NCBI GenBank assembly: GCA_032718475.1
Contig: JAUCBJ010008895.1
Coordinates: 1 to 64,000, forward strand
Length of the DNA: 64,000 nucleotides
Reading direction: 5' to 3'
Source of the DNA: Nemertoderma westbladi
Lineage: Eukaryota > Animalia > Xenacoelomorpha
Within the stretch, counting starts at the first letter, position 1, and each line of letters begins with the position of its first letter. Below, piece after piece: positions 48,101 through 63,100 of this stretch. A program made the translations under genes and the position numbers. The notes below the pieces were generated by a model that saw nothing but the letters and a program-made list of their open reading frames with translations, was not told where the DNA came from and searched no databases.

Positions 48101-51100
48101 TCTATAGTCGGTAAGTATAGCAGACTGGCTGGTTAATGTTTTATTCTATAGTCGGTAAGTAGAGCAGACTGCTGGAGAATGTTTCATTCTATAGTCGGTA
48201 AGTATAGCAGACTGCTGGAGAATGTTTCATTCTATAGTTGATAAGTGCAGCAGATTGGCTGGAGAATGTGTCATTCTATAGTTGAAAAGTACAGCAGACT
48301 GGTTGGATAATGTTTCATTCTATAGTTGATAAGTACATCAGACTGCTGGAGAATGTTTCATTCTATAGTCGGTAAGTATAGCAGACTGCTGGAGAAGGTT
48401 TCATTCTATAGTTGATAAGTGCAGCAGACTGCTGGAGAATGTTTCATTCTATAGTCGGTAAGTATAGCAGACTGCTGGATAATGTTTTATTCTATAGTCG
48501 GTAAGTATAGCAGACTGCTGGATAATGTTTTATTCTATAGTCGGTAAGTAGAGCAGACTGCTGGAGAATGTTTCATTCTATAGTCGGTAAGTATAGCAGA
48601 CTGCTGGAGAATGTGTCATTCTATAGTTGATAAGTACAGCAGACTGGCTGGATAATGTTTCATTCTATAGTCGGTAACTATAGCAGACTGCTGGATAATG
48701 TTTCATTCTATAGTTGATAAGTGCAGCAGACTGCTGGAGAATGTTTCATTCTATAGTTGATAAGTACAGCAGACTGGCTGGATAATGTTTCATTCTATAG
48801 TCGGTAAGTATAGCAGACTGCTGGATAATGTTTCATTCTATAGTTGATAAGTACAGCAGACTGGCTGGATAATGTTTCATTCTATAGTCGGTAAGTATAG
48901 CAGACTGCTGGATAATGTTTCATTCTATAGTTGATAAGTGCAGCAGACTGCTGGAGAATGTTTCATTCTATAGTTGATAAGTACAGCAGACTGGCTGGAT
49001 AATGTTTCATTCTATAGTCGGTAAGTATAGCAGACTGCTGGATAATGTTTCATTCTATAGTCGGTAAGTATAGCAGACTGCTGGATAATGTTTCATTCTA
49101 TAGTCGGTAAGTATAGCAGACTGGCTGGTTAATGTTTTATTCTATAGTCGGTAAGTAGAGCAGACTGCTGGAGAATGTTTCATTCTATAGTCGGTAAGTA
49201 TAGCATACTGCTGGAGAATGTTTCATTCTATAGTTGATAAGTGCAGCAGATTGGCTGGAGAATGTGTCATTCTATAGTTGAAAAGTACAGCAGACTGGTT
49301 GGATAATGTTTCATTCTATAGTTGATAAGTACATCAGACTGCTGGAGAATGTTTCATTCTATAGTCGGTAAGTATAGCAGACTGCTGGAGAAGGTTTCAT
49401 TCTATAGTTGATAAGTGCAGCAGACTGCTGGAGAATGTTTCATTCTATAGTCGGTAAGTATAGCAGACTGCTGGATAATGTTTTATTCTATAGTCGGTAA
49501 GTATAGCAGACTGCTGGATAATGTTTTATTCTATAGTCGGTAAGTAGAGCAGACTGCTGGAGAATGTTTCATTCTATAGTCGGTAAGTATAGCAGACTGT
49601 TGGAGAATGTGTCATTCTATAGTTGATAAGTACAGCAGACTGGCTGGATAATGTTTCATTCTATAGTCGGTAATTATAGCAGACTGCTGGATAATGTTTC
49701 ATTCTATAGTTGATAAGTGCAGCAGACTGCTGGAGAATGTTTCATTCTATAGTTGATAAGTACAGCAGACTGGTTGGATAATGTTTCATTCTATAGTTGA
49801 TAAGTACATCAGACTGCTGGATAATGTTTCATTCTATAGTCGGTAAGTATAGCAGACTGCTGGAGAATGTTTCATTATATAGTCGGTAAGTATAGCATAC
49901 TGTTGGAGAAGGTTTCATTCTATAGTCGGTAAGTACAGCAGACTGCTGGAGAATGTTTCATTCTATAGTCGGTAAGTATAGCAGACTGCTGGATAATGTT
50001 TTATTCTATAGTCAGTAAGTATAGCAGACTGGCTGGATAATGTTTTTTTCTATAGTCGGTAAGTAGAGCAGACTGCTGGATAATGTTTCATTCTATAGTT
50101 GATAAGTACAGCAGACTGGTTGGATAATATTTCATTCTATAGTTGATAAGTACATCAGACTGCTGGAGAATGTTTCATTCTATAGTCGGTAAGTATAGCA
50201 GACTGCTGGATAATGTTTTATTCTATAGTCGGTAAGTATAGCAGACTGCTGGAGAATGTTTCATTCTATAGTTGATAAGTACAGCAGACTGGCTGGAGAA
50301 TGTTTCATTCTATAGTCGGTAAGTATAGCAGACTGCTGGATAATGTTTTATTCTATAGTCGGTAAGTATAGCAGACTGGCTGGATAATGTTTTATTCTAT
50401 AGTCGGTAAGTAGAGCAGACTGCTGGATAATGTTTTATTCTATAGTCGGTAAGTATAGCAGAATGGCTGGATAATGTTTTATTCTATAGTCGGTAAGTAG
50501 AGCAGACTGCTGGATAATGTTTTATTCTATAGTCGGTAAGTATAGCAGACTGGCTGGTTAATGTTTTATTCTATAGTCGGTAAGTAGAGCAGACTGCTGG
50601 AGAATGTTTCATTCTATAGTCGGTAAGTATAGCAGACTGCTGGAGAATGTTTCATTCTATAGTTGATAAGTGCAGCAGATTGGCTGGAGAATGTGTCATT
50701 CTATAGTTGAAAAGTACAGCAGACTGGTTGGATAATGTTTCATTCTATAGTTGATAAGTACATCAGACTGCTGGAGAATGTTTCATTCTATAGTCGGTAA
50801 GTATAGCAGACTGCTGGAGAAGGTTTCATTCTATAGTTGATAAGTGCAGCAGACTGCTGGAGAATGTTTCATTCTATAGTCGGTAAGTATAGCAGACTGC
50901 TGGATAATGTTTTATTCTATAGTCGGTAAGTATAGCAGAATGCTGGATAATGTTTTATTCTATAGTCGGTAAGTAGAGCAGACTGCTGGAGAATGTTTCA
51001 TTCTATAGTCGGTAAGTATAGCAGACTGCTGGAGAATGTGTCATTCTATAGTTGATAAGTACAGCAGACTGGCTGGATAATGTTTCATTCTATAGTCGGT

Positions 51101-54100
51101 AATTATAGCAGACTGCTGGATAATGTTTCATTCTATAGTTGATAAGTGCAGCAGACTGCTGGAGAATGTTTCATTCTATAGTTGATAAGTACAGCAGACT
51201 GGCTGGATAATGATTCATTCTATAGTCGGTAAGTATAGCAGACTGCTGGATAATGTTTCATTCTATAGTTGATAAGTACAGCAGACTGGCTGGATAATGT
51301 TTCATTCTATAGTCGGTAAGTATAGCAGACTGCTGGATAATGTTTCATTCTATAGTTGATAAGTGCAGCAGACTGCTGGAGAATGTTTCATTCTATAGTT
51401 GATAAGTACAGCAGACTGGCTGGATAATGTTTCATTCTATAGTCGGTAAGTATAGCAGACTGCTGGATAATGTTTCATTCTATAGTCGGTAAGTATAGCA
51501 GACTGCTTTATAATGTTTCATTCTATAGTCAGTAAGTATAGCAGACTGGCTGGTTAATGTTTTATTCTATAGTCGGTAAGTAGAGCAGACTGCTGGAGAA
51601 TGTTTCATTCTATAGTCGGTAAGTATAGCAGACTGCTGGAGAATGTTTCATTCTATAGTTGATAAGTGCAGCAGATTGGCTGGAGAATGTGTCATTCTAT
51701 AGTTGAAAAGTACAGCAGACTGGTTGGATAATGTTTCATTCTATAGTTGATAAGTACATCAGACTGCTGGAGAATGTTTCATTCTATAGTCGGTAAGTAT
51801 AGCAGACTGCTGGAGAAGGTTTCATTCTATAGTTGATAAGTGCAGCAGACTGCTGGAGAATGTTTCATTCTATAGTCGGTAAGTATAGCAGACTGCTGGA
51901 TAATGTTTTATTCTATAGTCGGTAAGTATAGCAGACTGGCTGGTTAATGTTTTATTCTATAGTCGGTAAGTAGAGCAGACTGCTGGAGAATGTTTCATTC
52001 TATAGTCGGTAAGTATAGCAGACTGCTGGAGAATGTTTCATTCTATAGTTGATAAGTGCAGCAGATTGGCTGGAGAATGTGTCATTCTATAGTTGAAAAG
52101 TACAGCAGACTGGTTGGATAATGTTTCATTCTATAGTTGATAAGTACATCAGACTGCTGGAGAATGTTTCATTCTATAGTCGGTAAGTATAGCAGACTGC
52201 TGGATAATGTTTTATTCTATAGTCGGTAAGTATAGCAGACTGCTGGATAATGTTTTATTGTATAGTCGGTAAGTAGAGCAGACTGCTGGAGAATGTTTCA
52301 TTCTATAGTCGGTAAGTATAGCAGACTGCTGGAGAATGTGTCATTCTATAGTTGATAAGTACAGCAGACTGGCTGGATAATGTTTCATTCTATAGTCGGT
52401 AATTATAGCAGACTGCTGGATAATGTTTCATTCTATAGTTGATAAGTGCAGCAGACTGCTGGAGAATGTTTCATTCTATAGTTGATAAGTACAGCAGACT
52501 GGCTGGATAATGTTTCATTCTATAGTCGGTAAGTATAGCAGACTGCGGGATAATGTTTCATTCTATAGTTGATAAGTACAGCAGACTGGCTGGATAATGT
52601 TTCATTCTATAGTCGGTAAGTATAGCAGACTGCTGGATAATGTTTCATTCTAAAGTTGATAAGTGCAGCAGACTGCTGGAGAATGTTTCATTCTATAGTT
52701 GATAAGTACAGCAGACTGGCTGGATAATGTTTCATTCTATAGTCGGTAAGTATAGCAGACTGCTGGATAATGTTTCATTCTATAGTCGGTAAGTATAGCA
52801 GACTGCTGGATAATGTTTCATTCTATAGTCGGGAAGTATAGCAGACTGGCTGGTTAATGTTTTATTCTATAGTCGGTAAGTAGAGCAGACTGCTGGAGAA
52901 TGTTTCATTCTATAGTCGGTAAGTATAGCAGACTGCTGGAGAATGTTTCATTCTATAGTTGATAAGTGCAGCAGATTGGCTGGAGAATGTGTCATTCTAT
53001 AGTTGAAAAGTACAGCAGACTGGTTGGATAATGTTTCATTCTATAGTTGATAAGTACATCAGACTGCTGGAGAATGTTTCATTCTATAGTCGGTAAGTAT
53101 AGCAGACTGCTGCTGAAGGTTTCATTCTATAGTTGATAAGTGCAGCAGACTGCTGGAGAATGTTTCATTCTATAGTCGGTAAGTATAGCAGACTGCTGGA
53201 TAATGTTTTATTCTATAGTCGGTAAGTATAGCAGACTGCTGGATAATGTTTTATTCTATAGTCGGTAAGTAGAGCAGACTGCTGGAGAATGTTTCATTCT
53301 ATAGTCGGTAAGTATAGCAGACTGTTGGAGAATGTGTCATTCTATAGTTGATAAGTACAGCAGACTGGCTGGATAATGATTCATTCTATATTCGGTAAGT
53401 ATAGCAGACTGCTGGATAATGTTTCATTCTATAGTTGATAAGTACAGCAGACTGGCTGGATAATGTTTCATTCTATAGTCGGTAAGTATAGCAGACTGCT
53501 GGATAATGTTTCATTCTATAGTTGATAAGTGCAGCAGACTGCTGGAGAATGTTTCATTCTATAGTTGATAAGTACAGCAGACTGGCTGGATAATGTTTCA
53601 TTCTATAGTCGGTAAGTATAGCAGACTGCTGGATAATGTTTCATTCTATAGTCGGTAAGTATAGCAGACTGCTGTATAATGTTTCATTCTATAGTCGGTA
53701 AGTATAGCAGACTTGCTGGTTAATGTTTTATTCTATAGTCGGTAAGTAGAGCAGACTGCTGGAGAATGTTTCATTCTATAGTCGGTAAGTATAGCAGACT
53801 GCTGGAGAATGTTTCATTCTATAGTTGATAAGTGCAGCAGATTGGCTGGAGAATGTGTCATTCTATAGTTGAAAAGTACAGCAGACTGGTTGGATAATGT
53901 TTTATTCTATAGTTGATAAGTACATCAGACTGCTGGAGAATGCTTCATTCTATAGTCGGTAAGTATAGCAGACTGCTGGAGAAGGTTTCATTCTATAGTT
54001 GATAAGTGCAGCAGACTGCTGGAGAATGTTTCATTCTATAGTCGGTAAGTATAGCAGACTGCTGGATAATGTTTTATTCTATAGTCGGTAAGTATAGCAG

Positions 54101-57100
54101 ACTGCTGGATAATGTTTTATTCTATAGTCGGTAAGTAGAGCAGACTGCTGGAGAATGTTTCATTCTATAGTCGGTAAGTATAGCAGACTGTTGGAGAATG
54201 TGTCATTCTATAGTTGATAAGTACAGCAGACTGGCTGGATAATGTTTCATTCTATAGTCGGTAATTATAGCAGACTGCTGGATAATGTTTCATTCTATAG
54301 TTGATAAGTGCAGCAGACTGCTGGAGAATGTTTCATTCTATAGTTGATAAGTACAGCAGACTGGCTGGATAATGTTTCATTCTATAGTCGGTAAGTATAG
54401 CAGACTGCTGGATAATGTTTCATTCTATAGTCAGTAAGTATATCAGACTGCTGGATAATGTTTCATTCTATAGTTGATAAGTACAGCAGACTGGCTGGAT
54501 AATGTTTCATTCTATAGTCGGTAAGTATAGCAGACTGCTGGATAATGTTTCATTCTATAGTTGATAAGTGCAGCAGACTGCTGGAGAATGTTCCATTCTA
54601 TAGTTGATAAGTACAGCAGACTGGCTGGATAATGTTTCATTCTATAGTCGGTAAGTATAGCAGACTGCTGGATAATGTTTCATTCTATAGTTGATAAGTG
54701 CAGCAGACTGCTGGAGAATGTTTCATTCTATAGTTGATAAGTACAGCAGACTGGCTGGATAATGTTTCATTCTATAGTCGGTAAGTATAGCAGACTGCTG
54801 GATAATGTTTCATTCTATAGTTGATAAGTACAGCAGACTGGCTGGATAATGTTTCATTCTATAGTCGGTAAGTATAGCAGACTGCTGGATAATGTTTCAT
54901 TCTATAGTTGATAAGTGCAGCAGACTGCTGGAGAATGTTTCATTCTATAGTTGATAAGTACAGCAGACTGGCTGGATAATGTTTCATTCTATAGTCAGTA
55001 AGTATAGCAGACTGCTGGATAATGTTTTATTCTACAGTCGGTAAGTATAGCAGACTGCTGGATAATGTTTTATTCTATAGTCGGTAAGTAGATCAGACTG
55101 CTGGAGAATGTTTCATTCTATAGTCGGTAAGTATAGCAGACTGCTGGAGAATGTGTCATTCTATAGTTGATAAGTACAGCAGACTGGCTGGATAATGTTT
55201 CATTCTATAGTCGGTAATTATAGCAGACTGCTGGATAATGTTTCATTCTATAGTTGATAAGTACATCAGACTGCTGGAGAATGTTTCATTCTATAGTCGG
55301 TAAGTATAGCAGACTGCTGCTGAAGGTTTCATTCTATAGTTGATAAGTGCAGCAGACTGCTGGAGAATGTTTCATTCTATAGTCGGGAAGTATAGCAGAC
55401 TGCTGGATAATGTTTTATTCTATAGTCGGTAAGTATAGCAGACTGCTGGATAATGTTTTATTCTATAGTCGGTAAGTAGAGCAGACTGCTGGAGAATGTT
55501 TCATTCTATAGTCGGTAAGTATAGCAGACTGTTGGAGAATGTGTCATTCTATAGTTGATAAGTACAGCAGACTGGCTGGATAATGATTCATTCTATATTC
55601 GGTAAGTATAGCAGACTGCTGGATAATGTTTCATTCTATAGTTGATAAGTACAGCAGACTGGCTGGATAATGTTTCATTCTATAGTCGGTAAGTATAGCA
55701 GACTGCTGGATAATGTTTCATTCTATAGTTGATAAGTGCAGCAGACTGCTGGAGAATGTTTCATTCTATAGTTGATAAGTACAGCAGACTGGCTGGATAA
55801 TGTTTCATTCTATAGTCGGTAAGTATAGCAGACTGCTGGATAATGTTTCATTCTATAGTCGGTAAGTATAGCAGACTGCTGTATAATGTTTCATTCTATA
55901 GTCGGTAAGTATAGCAGACTTGCTGGTTAATGTTTTATTCTATAGTCGGTAAGTAGAGCAGACTGCTGGAGAATGTTTCATTCTATAGTCGGTAAGTATA
56001 GCAGACTGCTGGAGAATGTTTCATTCTATAGTTGATAAGTGCAGCAGATTGGCTGGAGAATGTGTCATTCTATAGTTGAAAAGTACAGCAGACTGGTTGG
56101 ATAATGTTTTATTCTATAGTTGATAAGTACATCAGACTGCTGGAGAATGTTTCATTCTATAGTCGGTAAGTATAGCAGACTGCTGGAGAAGGTTTCATTC
56201 TATAGTTGATAAGTGCAGCAGACTGCTGGAGAATGTTTCATTCTATAGTCGGTAAGTATAGCAGACTGCTGGATAATGTTTTATTCTATAGTCGGTAAGT
56301 ATAGCAGACTGCTGGATAATGTTTTATTCTATAGTCGGTAAGTAGAGCAGACTGCTGGAGAATGTTTCATTCTATAGTCGGTAAGTATAGCAGACTGTTG
56401 GAGAATGTGTCATTCTATAGTTGATAAGTACAGCAGACTGGCTGGATAATGTTTCATTCTATAGTCGGTAATTATAGCAGACTGCTGGATAATGTTTCAT
56501 TCTATAGTTGATAAGTGCAGCAGACTGCTGGAGAATGTTTCATTCTATAGTTGATAAGTACAGCAGACTGGCTGGATAATGTTTCATTCTATAGTCGGTA
56601 AGTATAGCAGACTGCTGGATAATGTTTCATTCTATAGTCGGTAAGTATATCAGACTGCTGGATAATGTTTCATTCTATAGTTGATAAGTACAGCAGACTG
56701 GCTGGATAATGTTTCATTCTATAGTCGGTAAGTATAGCAGACTGCTGGATAATGTTTCATTCTATAGTTGATAAGTGCAGCAGACTGCTGGAGAATGTTC
56801 CATTCTATAGTTGATAAGTACAGCAGACTGGCTGGATAATGTTTCATTCTATAGTCGGTAAGTATAGCAGACTGCTGGATAATGTTTCATTCTATAGTTG
56901 ATAAGTGCAGCAGACTGCTGGAGAATGTTTCATTCTATAGTTGATAAGTACAGCAGACTGGCTGGATAATGTTTCATTCTATAGTCGGTAAGTATAGCAG
57001 ACTGCTGGATAATGTTTCATTCTATAGTTGATAAGTACAGCAGACTGGCTGGATAATGTTTCATTCTATAGTCGGTAAGTATAGCAGACTGCTGGATAAT

Positions 57101-60100
57101 GTTTCATTCTATAGTTGATAAGTGCAGCAGACTGCTGGAGAATGTTTCATTCTATAGTTGATAAGTACAGCAGACTGGCTGGATAATGTTTCATTCTATA
57201 GTCAGTAAGTATAGCAGACTGCTGGATAATGTTTTATTCTACAGTCGGTAAGTATAGCAGACTGCTGGATAATGTTTTATTCTATAGTCGGTAAGTAGAG
57301 CAGACTGCTGGAGAATGTTTCATTCTATAGTCGGTAAGTATAGCAGACTGCTGGAGAATGTGTCATTCTATAGTTGATAAGTACAGCAGACTGGCTGGAT
57401 AATGTTTCATTCTATAGTCGGTAATTATAGCAGACTGCTGGATAATGTTTCATTCTATAGTTGATAAGTGCAGCAGACTGCTGGAGAATGTTTCATTCTA
57501 TAGTTGATAAGTACAGCAGACTGGCTGGATAATGTTTCATTCTATAGTCGGTAAGTATAGCAGACTGCTGGATAATGTTTCTTTCTATAGTTGATAAGTA
57601 CAGCAGACTGGCTGGATAATGTTTCATTCTATAGTCGGTAAGTATAGCAGACTGCTGGATAATGTTTCATTCTATAGTTGATAAGTGCAGCAGACTGCTG
57701 GAGAATGTTTCATTCTATAGTTGATAAGTACAGCAGACTGGCTGGATAATGTTTCATTCTATAGTCGGTAAGTATAGCAGACTGCTGGATAATTTTTCAT
57801 TCTATAGTCGGTAAGTATAGCAGACTGCTGGATAATGTTTCATTCTATAGTTGATAAGTACAGCAGACTGGCTGGATAATGTTTCATTCTATAGTCGGTA
57901 AGTATAGCAGACTGCTGGATAATGTTTCATTCTATAGTTGATAAGTGCAGCAGACTGCTGGAGAATGTTTCATTCTATAGTTGATAAGTACAGCAGACTG
58001 GCTGGATAATGTTTCATTCTATAGTCGGTAAGTATAGCAGACTGCTGGATAATGTTTCATTCTATAGTTGATAAGTGCAGCAGACTGCTGGAGTATGTTT
58101 CATTCTATAGTTGATAAGTACAGCAGACTGGCTGGATAATGTTTCATTCTATAGTCGGTAAGTATAGCAGACTGCTGGATAATGTTTCATTCTATAGTTG
58201 ATAAGTACAGAAGACTGCTGGATAATGTTTCATTCTATACTTGATAAGTGCAGCAGACTGCTGGAGAATGTTTCATTCTATAGTTGATAAGTACAGCAGA
58301 CTGGCTGGATAATGTTTCATTCTATAGTCGGTAAGTATAGCAGACTGCTGGATAATGTTTCATTCTATAGTTGATAAGTGCAGCAGACTGCTGGAGAATG
58401 TTTCATTCTATAGTTGATAAGTACAGCAGACTGGCTGGATAATGTTTCATTCTATAGTCGGTAAGTATAGCAGACTGCTGGATAATGTTTCATTCTATAG
58501 TTGATAAGTGCAGCAGACTGCTGGAGAATGTTTCATTCTATAGTTGCTAAGTACAGCAGACTGGCTGGATAATGTTTCATTCTATAGTCGGTAAGTATAG
58601 CAGACTGCTGGATAATGTTTCATTCTATAGTTGATAAGTGCAGCAGACTGCTGGAGAATGTTTCATTCTATAGTTGATAAGTACAGCAGACTGGCTGGAT
58701 AATGTTTCATTCTATAGTCGGTAAGTATAGCAGACTGCTGGATAATGTTTCATTCTATAGTTGATAAGTGCAGCAGACTGCTGGAGAATGTTTCATTCTA
58801 TAGTCGGTAAGTATAGCAGACTGCTGGATAATGTTTCATTCTATAGTTGATAAGTACAGAAGACTGCTGGAGAATGTTTCATTCTATAGTTGATAAGTGC
58901 AGCAGACTGCTGGAGAATGTTTCATTCTATAGTTGATAAGTACAGCAGACTGGCTGGATAATGTTTCATTCTATAGTCGGTAAGTATAGCAGACTGCTGG
59001 ATAATGTTTCATTCTATAGTTGATAAGTGCAGCAGACTGCTGGAGAATGTTTCATTCTATAGTTGATAAGTACAGCAGACTGGCTGGATAATGTTTCATT
59101 CTATAGTCGGTAAGTATAGCAGACTGCTGGATAATGTTTCATTCTATAGTTGATAAGTGCAGCAGACTGCTGGAGAATGTTTCATTCTATAGTTGATAAG
59201 TACAGCAGACTGGCTGGATAATGTTTCATTCTATAGTCGGTAAGTATAGCAGACTGCTGGATAATTTTTCATTCTATAGTTGATAAGTACAGAAGACTGC
59301 TGAATAATGTTTCATTCTATACTTGATAAGTGCAGCAGACTGCTGGAGAATGTTTCATTCTATAGTTGATAAGTACAGCAGACTGGCTGGATAATGTTTC
59401 ATTCTATAGTCGGTAAGTATAGCAGACTGCTGGATAATGTTTCTTTCTATAGTTGATAAGTGCAGCAGACTGCTGGAGAATGTTTCATTCTATAGTTGAT
59501 AAGTACAGCAGACTGGCTGGATAATGTTTCATTCTATAGTCGGTAAGTATAGCAGACTGCTGGATAATGTTTCATTCTATAGTTGATAAGTGCAGCAGAC
59601 TGCTGGAGAATGTTTCATTCTATAGTTGATAAGTACAGCAGACTGGCTGGATAATGTTTCATTCTATAGTCGGTAAGTATAGCAGACTGCTGGATAATGT
59701 TTCATTCTATAGTTGATAAGTGCAGCAGACTGCTGGAGAATGTTTCATTCTATAGTTGATAAGTACAGCAGACTGGCTGGATAATGTTTCATTCTATAGT
59801 CGGTAAGTATAGCAGACTGCTGGATAATGTTTCATTCTATAGTTGATAAGTACAGAAGACTGCTGGAGAATGTTTCATTCTATAGTTGATAAGTACAGCA
59901 GATTGCTGGAGAATGTTTCATTCTATAGTTGATAAGTACAGCAGACTGCTGGAGAATGTTTCATTCTATAGTTGATAAGTACAGCAGACTGCTGGAGAAT
60001 GTTTCATTCTATAGTTGATAAGTGCAGCAGATTGCTGGAGAATGTTTCATTCTATAGTTGATAAGTACAGCAGACTGCTGGAGAATGTTTCATTCTATAG

Positions 60101-63100
60101 TTGATAAGTACAGCAGACTGCTGCAGAATGTTTCATTATATAGTTGATAAGTACTGTACAGCAGACTGCTGGAGAATGTTTCATTCTATAGTTGATAAGT
60201 GGCGCAGATTGCTGGAGAATGTTTCATTCTATAGTTGATAAGTACAGCAGACTGCTGGAGAATGTTTCATTCTATAGTTGATAAGTACAGCAGACTGCTG
60301 GAGAATGTTTCATTCTATAGTTGATAAGTGCAGCAGATTGCTGGAGAATGTTTCATTCTATAGTTGATAAGTACAGCAGACTGCTGGAGAATGTTTCATT
60401 CTATAGTTGATAAGTGCAGCAGACTGCTGGAGAATGTTTCATTCTATAGTTGATAAGTACAGCAGACTGGCTGGATAATGTTTCATTCTATAGTCGGTAA
60501 GTATAGCAGACTGCTGGATAATGTTTCATTCTATAGTTGATAAGTACAGCAGACTGGCTGGATAATGTTTCATTCTATAGTCGGTAAGTATAGCAGACTG
60601 CTGGATAATGTTTCATTCTATAGTTGATAAGTGCAGCAGACTGCTGGAGAATGTTTCATTCTATAGTTGATAAGTACAGCAGACTGGCTGGATAATGTTT
60701 CATTCTATAGTCGGTAAGTATAGCAGACTGCTGGATAATGTTTCATTCTATAGTTGATAAGTGCAGCAGACTGCTGGAGAATGTTTCATTCTATAGTTGA
60801 TAAGTACATCAGACTGGCTGGATAATGTTTCATTCTATAGTCGGTAAGTATAGCAGACTGCTGGATAATGTTTCATTCTATAGTTGATAAGTACAGAAGA
60901 CTGCTGGATAATGTTTCATTCTATACTTGATAAGTGCAGCAGACTGCTGGAGAATGTTTCATTCTATAGTTGATAAGTACAGCAGACTGGCTGGATAATG
61001 TTTCATTCTATAGTCGGTAAGTATAGCAGACTGCTGGATAATGTTTCATTCTATAGTTGATAAATGCAGCAGACTGCTGGAGAATGTTTCATTCTATAGT
61101 TGATAAGTACAGCAGACTGGCTGGATAATGTTTCATTCTATAGTCGGTAAGTATAGCAGACTGCTGGATAATGTTTCATTCTATAGTTGATAAGTGCAGC
61201 AGACTGCTGGAGAATGTTTCATTCTATAGTTGATAAGTACAGCAGACTGGCTGGATAATGTTTCATTCTATAGTCGGTAAGTATAGCAGACTGCTGGATA
61301 ATGTTTCATTCTATAGTTGATAAGTGCAGCAGACTGCTGGAGAATGTTTCATTCTATAGTTGATAAGTACAGCAGACTGGCTGGATAATGTTTCATTCTA
61401 TAGTCGGTAAGTATAGCAGACTGCTGGATAATGTTTCATTCTATAGTTGATAAGTGCAGCAGACTGCTGGAGAATGTTTCATTCTATAGTTGATAAGTAC
61501 AGCAGACTGGCTGGATAATGTATCATTCTATAGTCGGTAAGTATAGCAGACTGCTGGATAATGTTTCATTCTATAGTTGATAAGTGCAGCAGACTGCTGG
61601 AGAATGTTTCATTCTATAGTTGATAAGTACAGCAGACTGGCTGGATAATGTTTCATTCTATAATCGGTAAGTATAGCAGACTGCTGGATAATGTTTCATT
61701 CTATAGTTGATAAGTGCAGCAGACTGCTGGAGAATGTTTCATTCTATAGTTGATAAGTACAGCAGACTGGCTGGATAATGTTTCATTCTATAGTCGGTAA
61801 GTATAGCAGACTGCTGGATAATGTTTCATTCTATAGTTGATAAGTACAGAAGACTGCTGGAGAATGTTTCATTCTATAGTTGATAAGTGCATCAGACTGC
61901 TGGAGAATGTTTCATTCTATAGTTGATAAGTACAGCAGACTGGCTGGATAATGTTTCATTCTATAGTCGGTAAGTATAGCAGACTGCTGGATAATGTTTC
62001 ATTCTATAGTTGATAAGTGCAGCAGACTGCTGGAGAATGTTTCATTCTATAGTTGATAAGTACAGCAGACTGGCTGGATAATGTTTCATTCTATAGTCGG
62101 TAAGTATAGCAGACTGCTGGATAATGTTTCATTCTATAGTTGATAAGTGCAGCAGACTGCTGGAGAATGTTTCATTCTATAGTTGATAAGTACAGCAGAC
62201 TGGCTGGATAATGTTTCATTCTATAGTTGATAAGTGCAGCAGACTGCTGGAGAATGTTTCATTCTATAGTTGATAAGTACAGCAGACTGGCTGGATAATG
62301 TTTCATTCTATAGTCGGTAAGTATAGCAGACTGCTGGATAATGTTTCATTCTATAGTTGATAAGTGCAGCAGACTGCTGGAGAATGTTTCATTCTATAGT
62401 TGATAAGTACAGCAGACTGGCTGGATAATGTTTCATTCTATAGTCGGTAAGTATAGCAGACTGCTGGATAATGTTTCATTCTATAGTTGATAAGTACAGA
62501 AGACTGCTGGATAATGTTTCATTCTATACTTGATAAGTGCAGCAGACTGCTGGAGAATGTTTCATTCTATAGTTGATAAGTACAGCAGACTGGCTGGATA
62601 ATGTTTCATTCTATAGTCGGTAAGTATAGCAGACTGCTGGATAATGTTTCATTCTATAGTTGATAAATGCAGCAGACTGCTGGAGAATGTTTCATTCTAT
62701 AGTTGATAAGTACAGCAGACTGGCTGGATAATGTTTCATTCTATAGTCGGTAAGTATAGCAGACTGCTGGATAATGTTTCATTCTATAGTTGATAAGTAC
62801 AGAAGACTGCTGGAGAATGTTTCATTCTATAGTTGATAAGTACAGCAGATTGCTGGAGAATGTTTCATTCTATAGTTGATAAGTACAGCAGACTGCTGGA
62901 GAATGTTTCATTCTATAGTTGATAAGTACAGCAGACTGCTGGAGAATGTTTCATTCTATAGTTGATAAGTGCAGCAGATTGCTGGAGAATGTTTCATTCT
63001 ATAGTTGATAAGTACAGCAGACTGCTGGAGAATGTTTCATTCTATAGTTGATAAGTACAGCAGACTGCTGCAGAATGTTTCATTATATAGTTGATAAGTA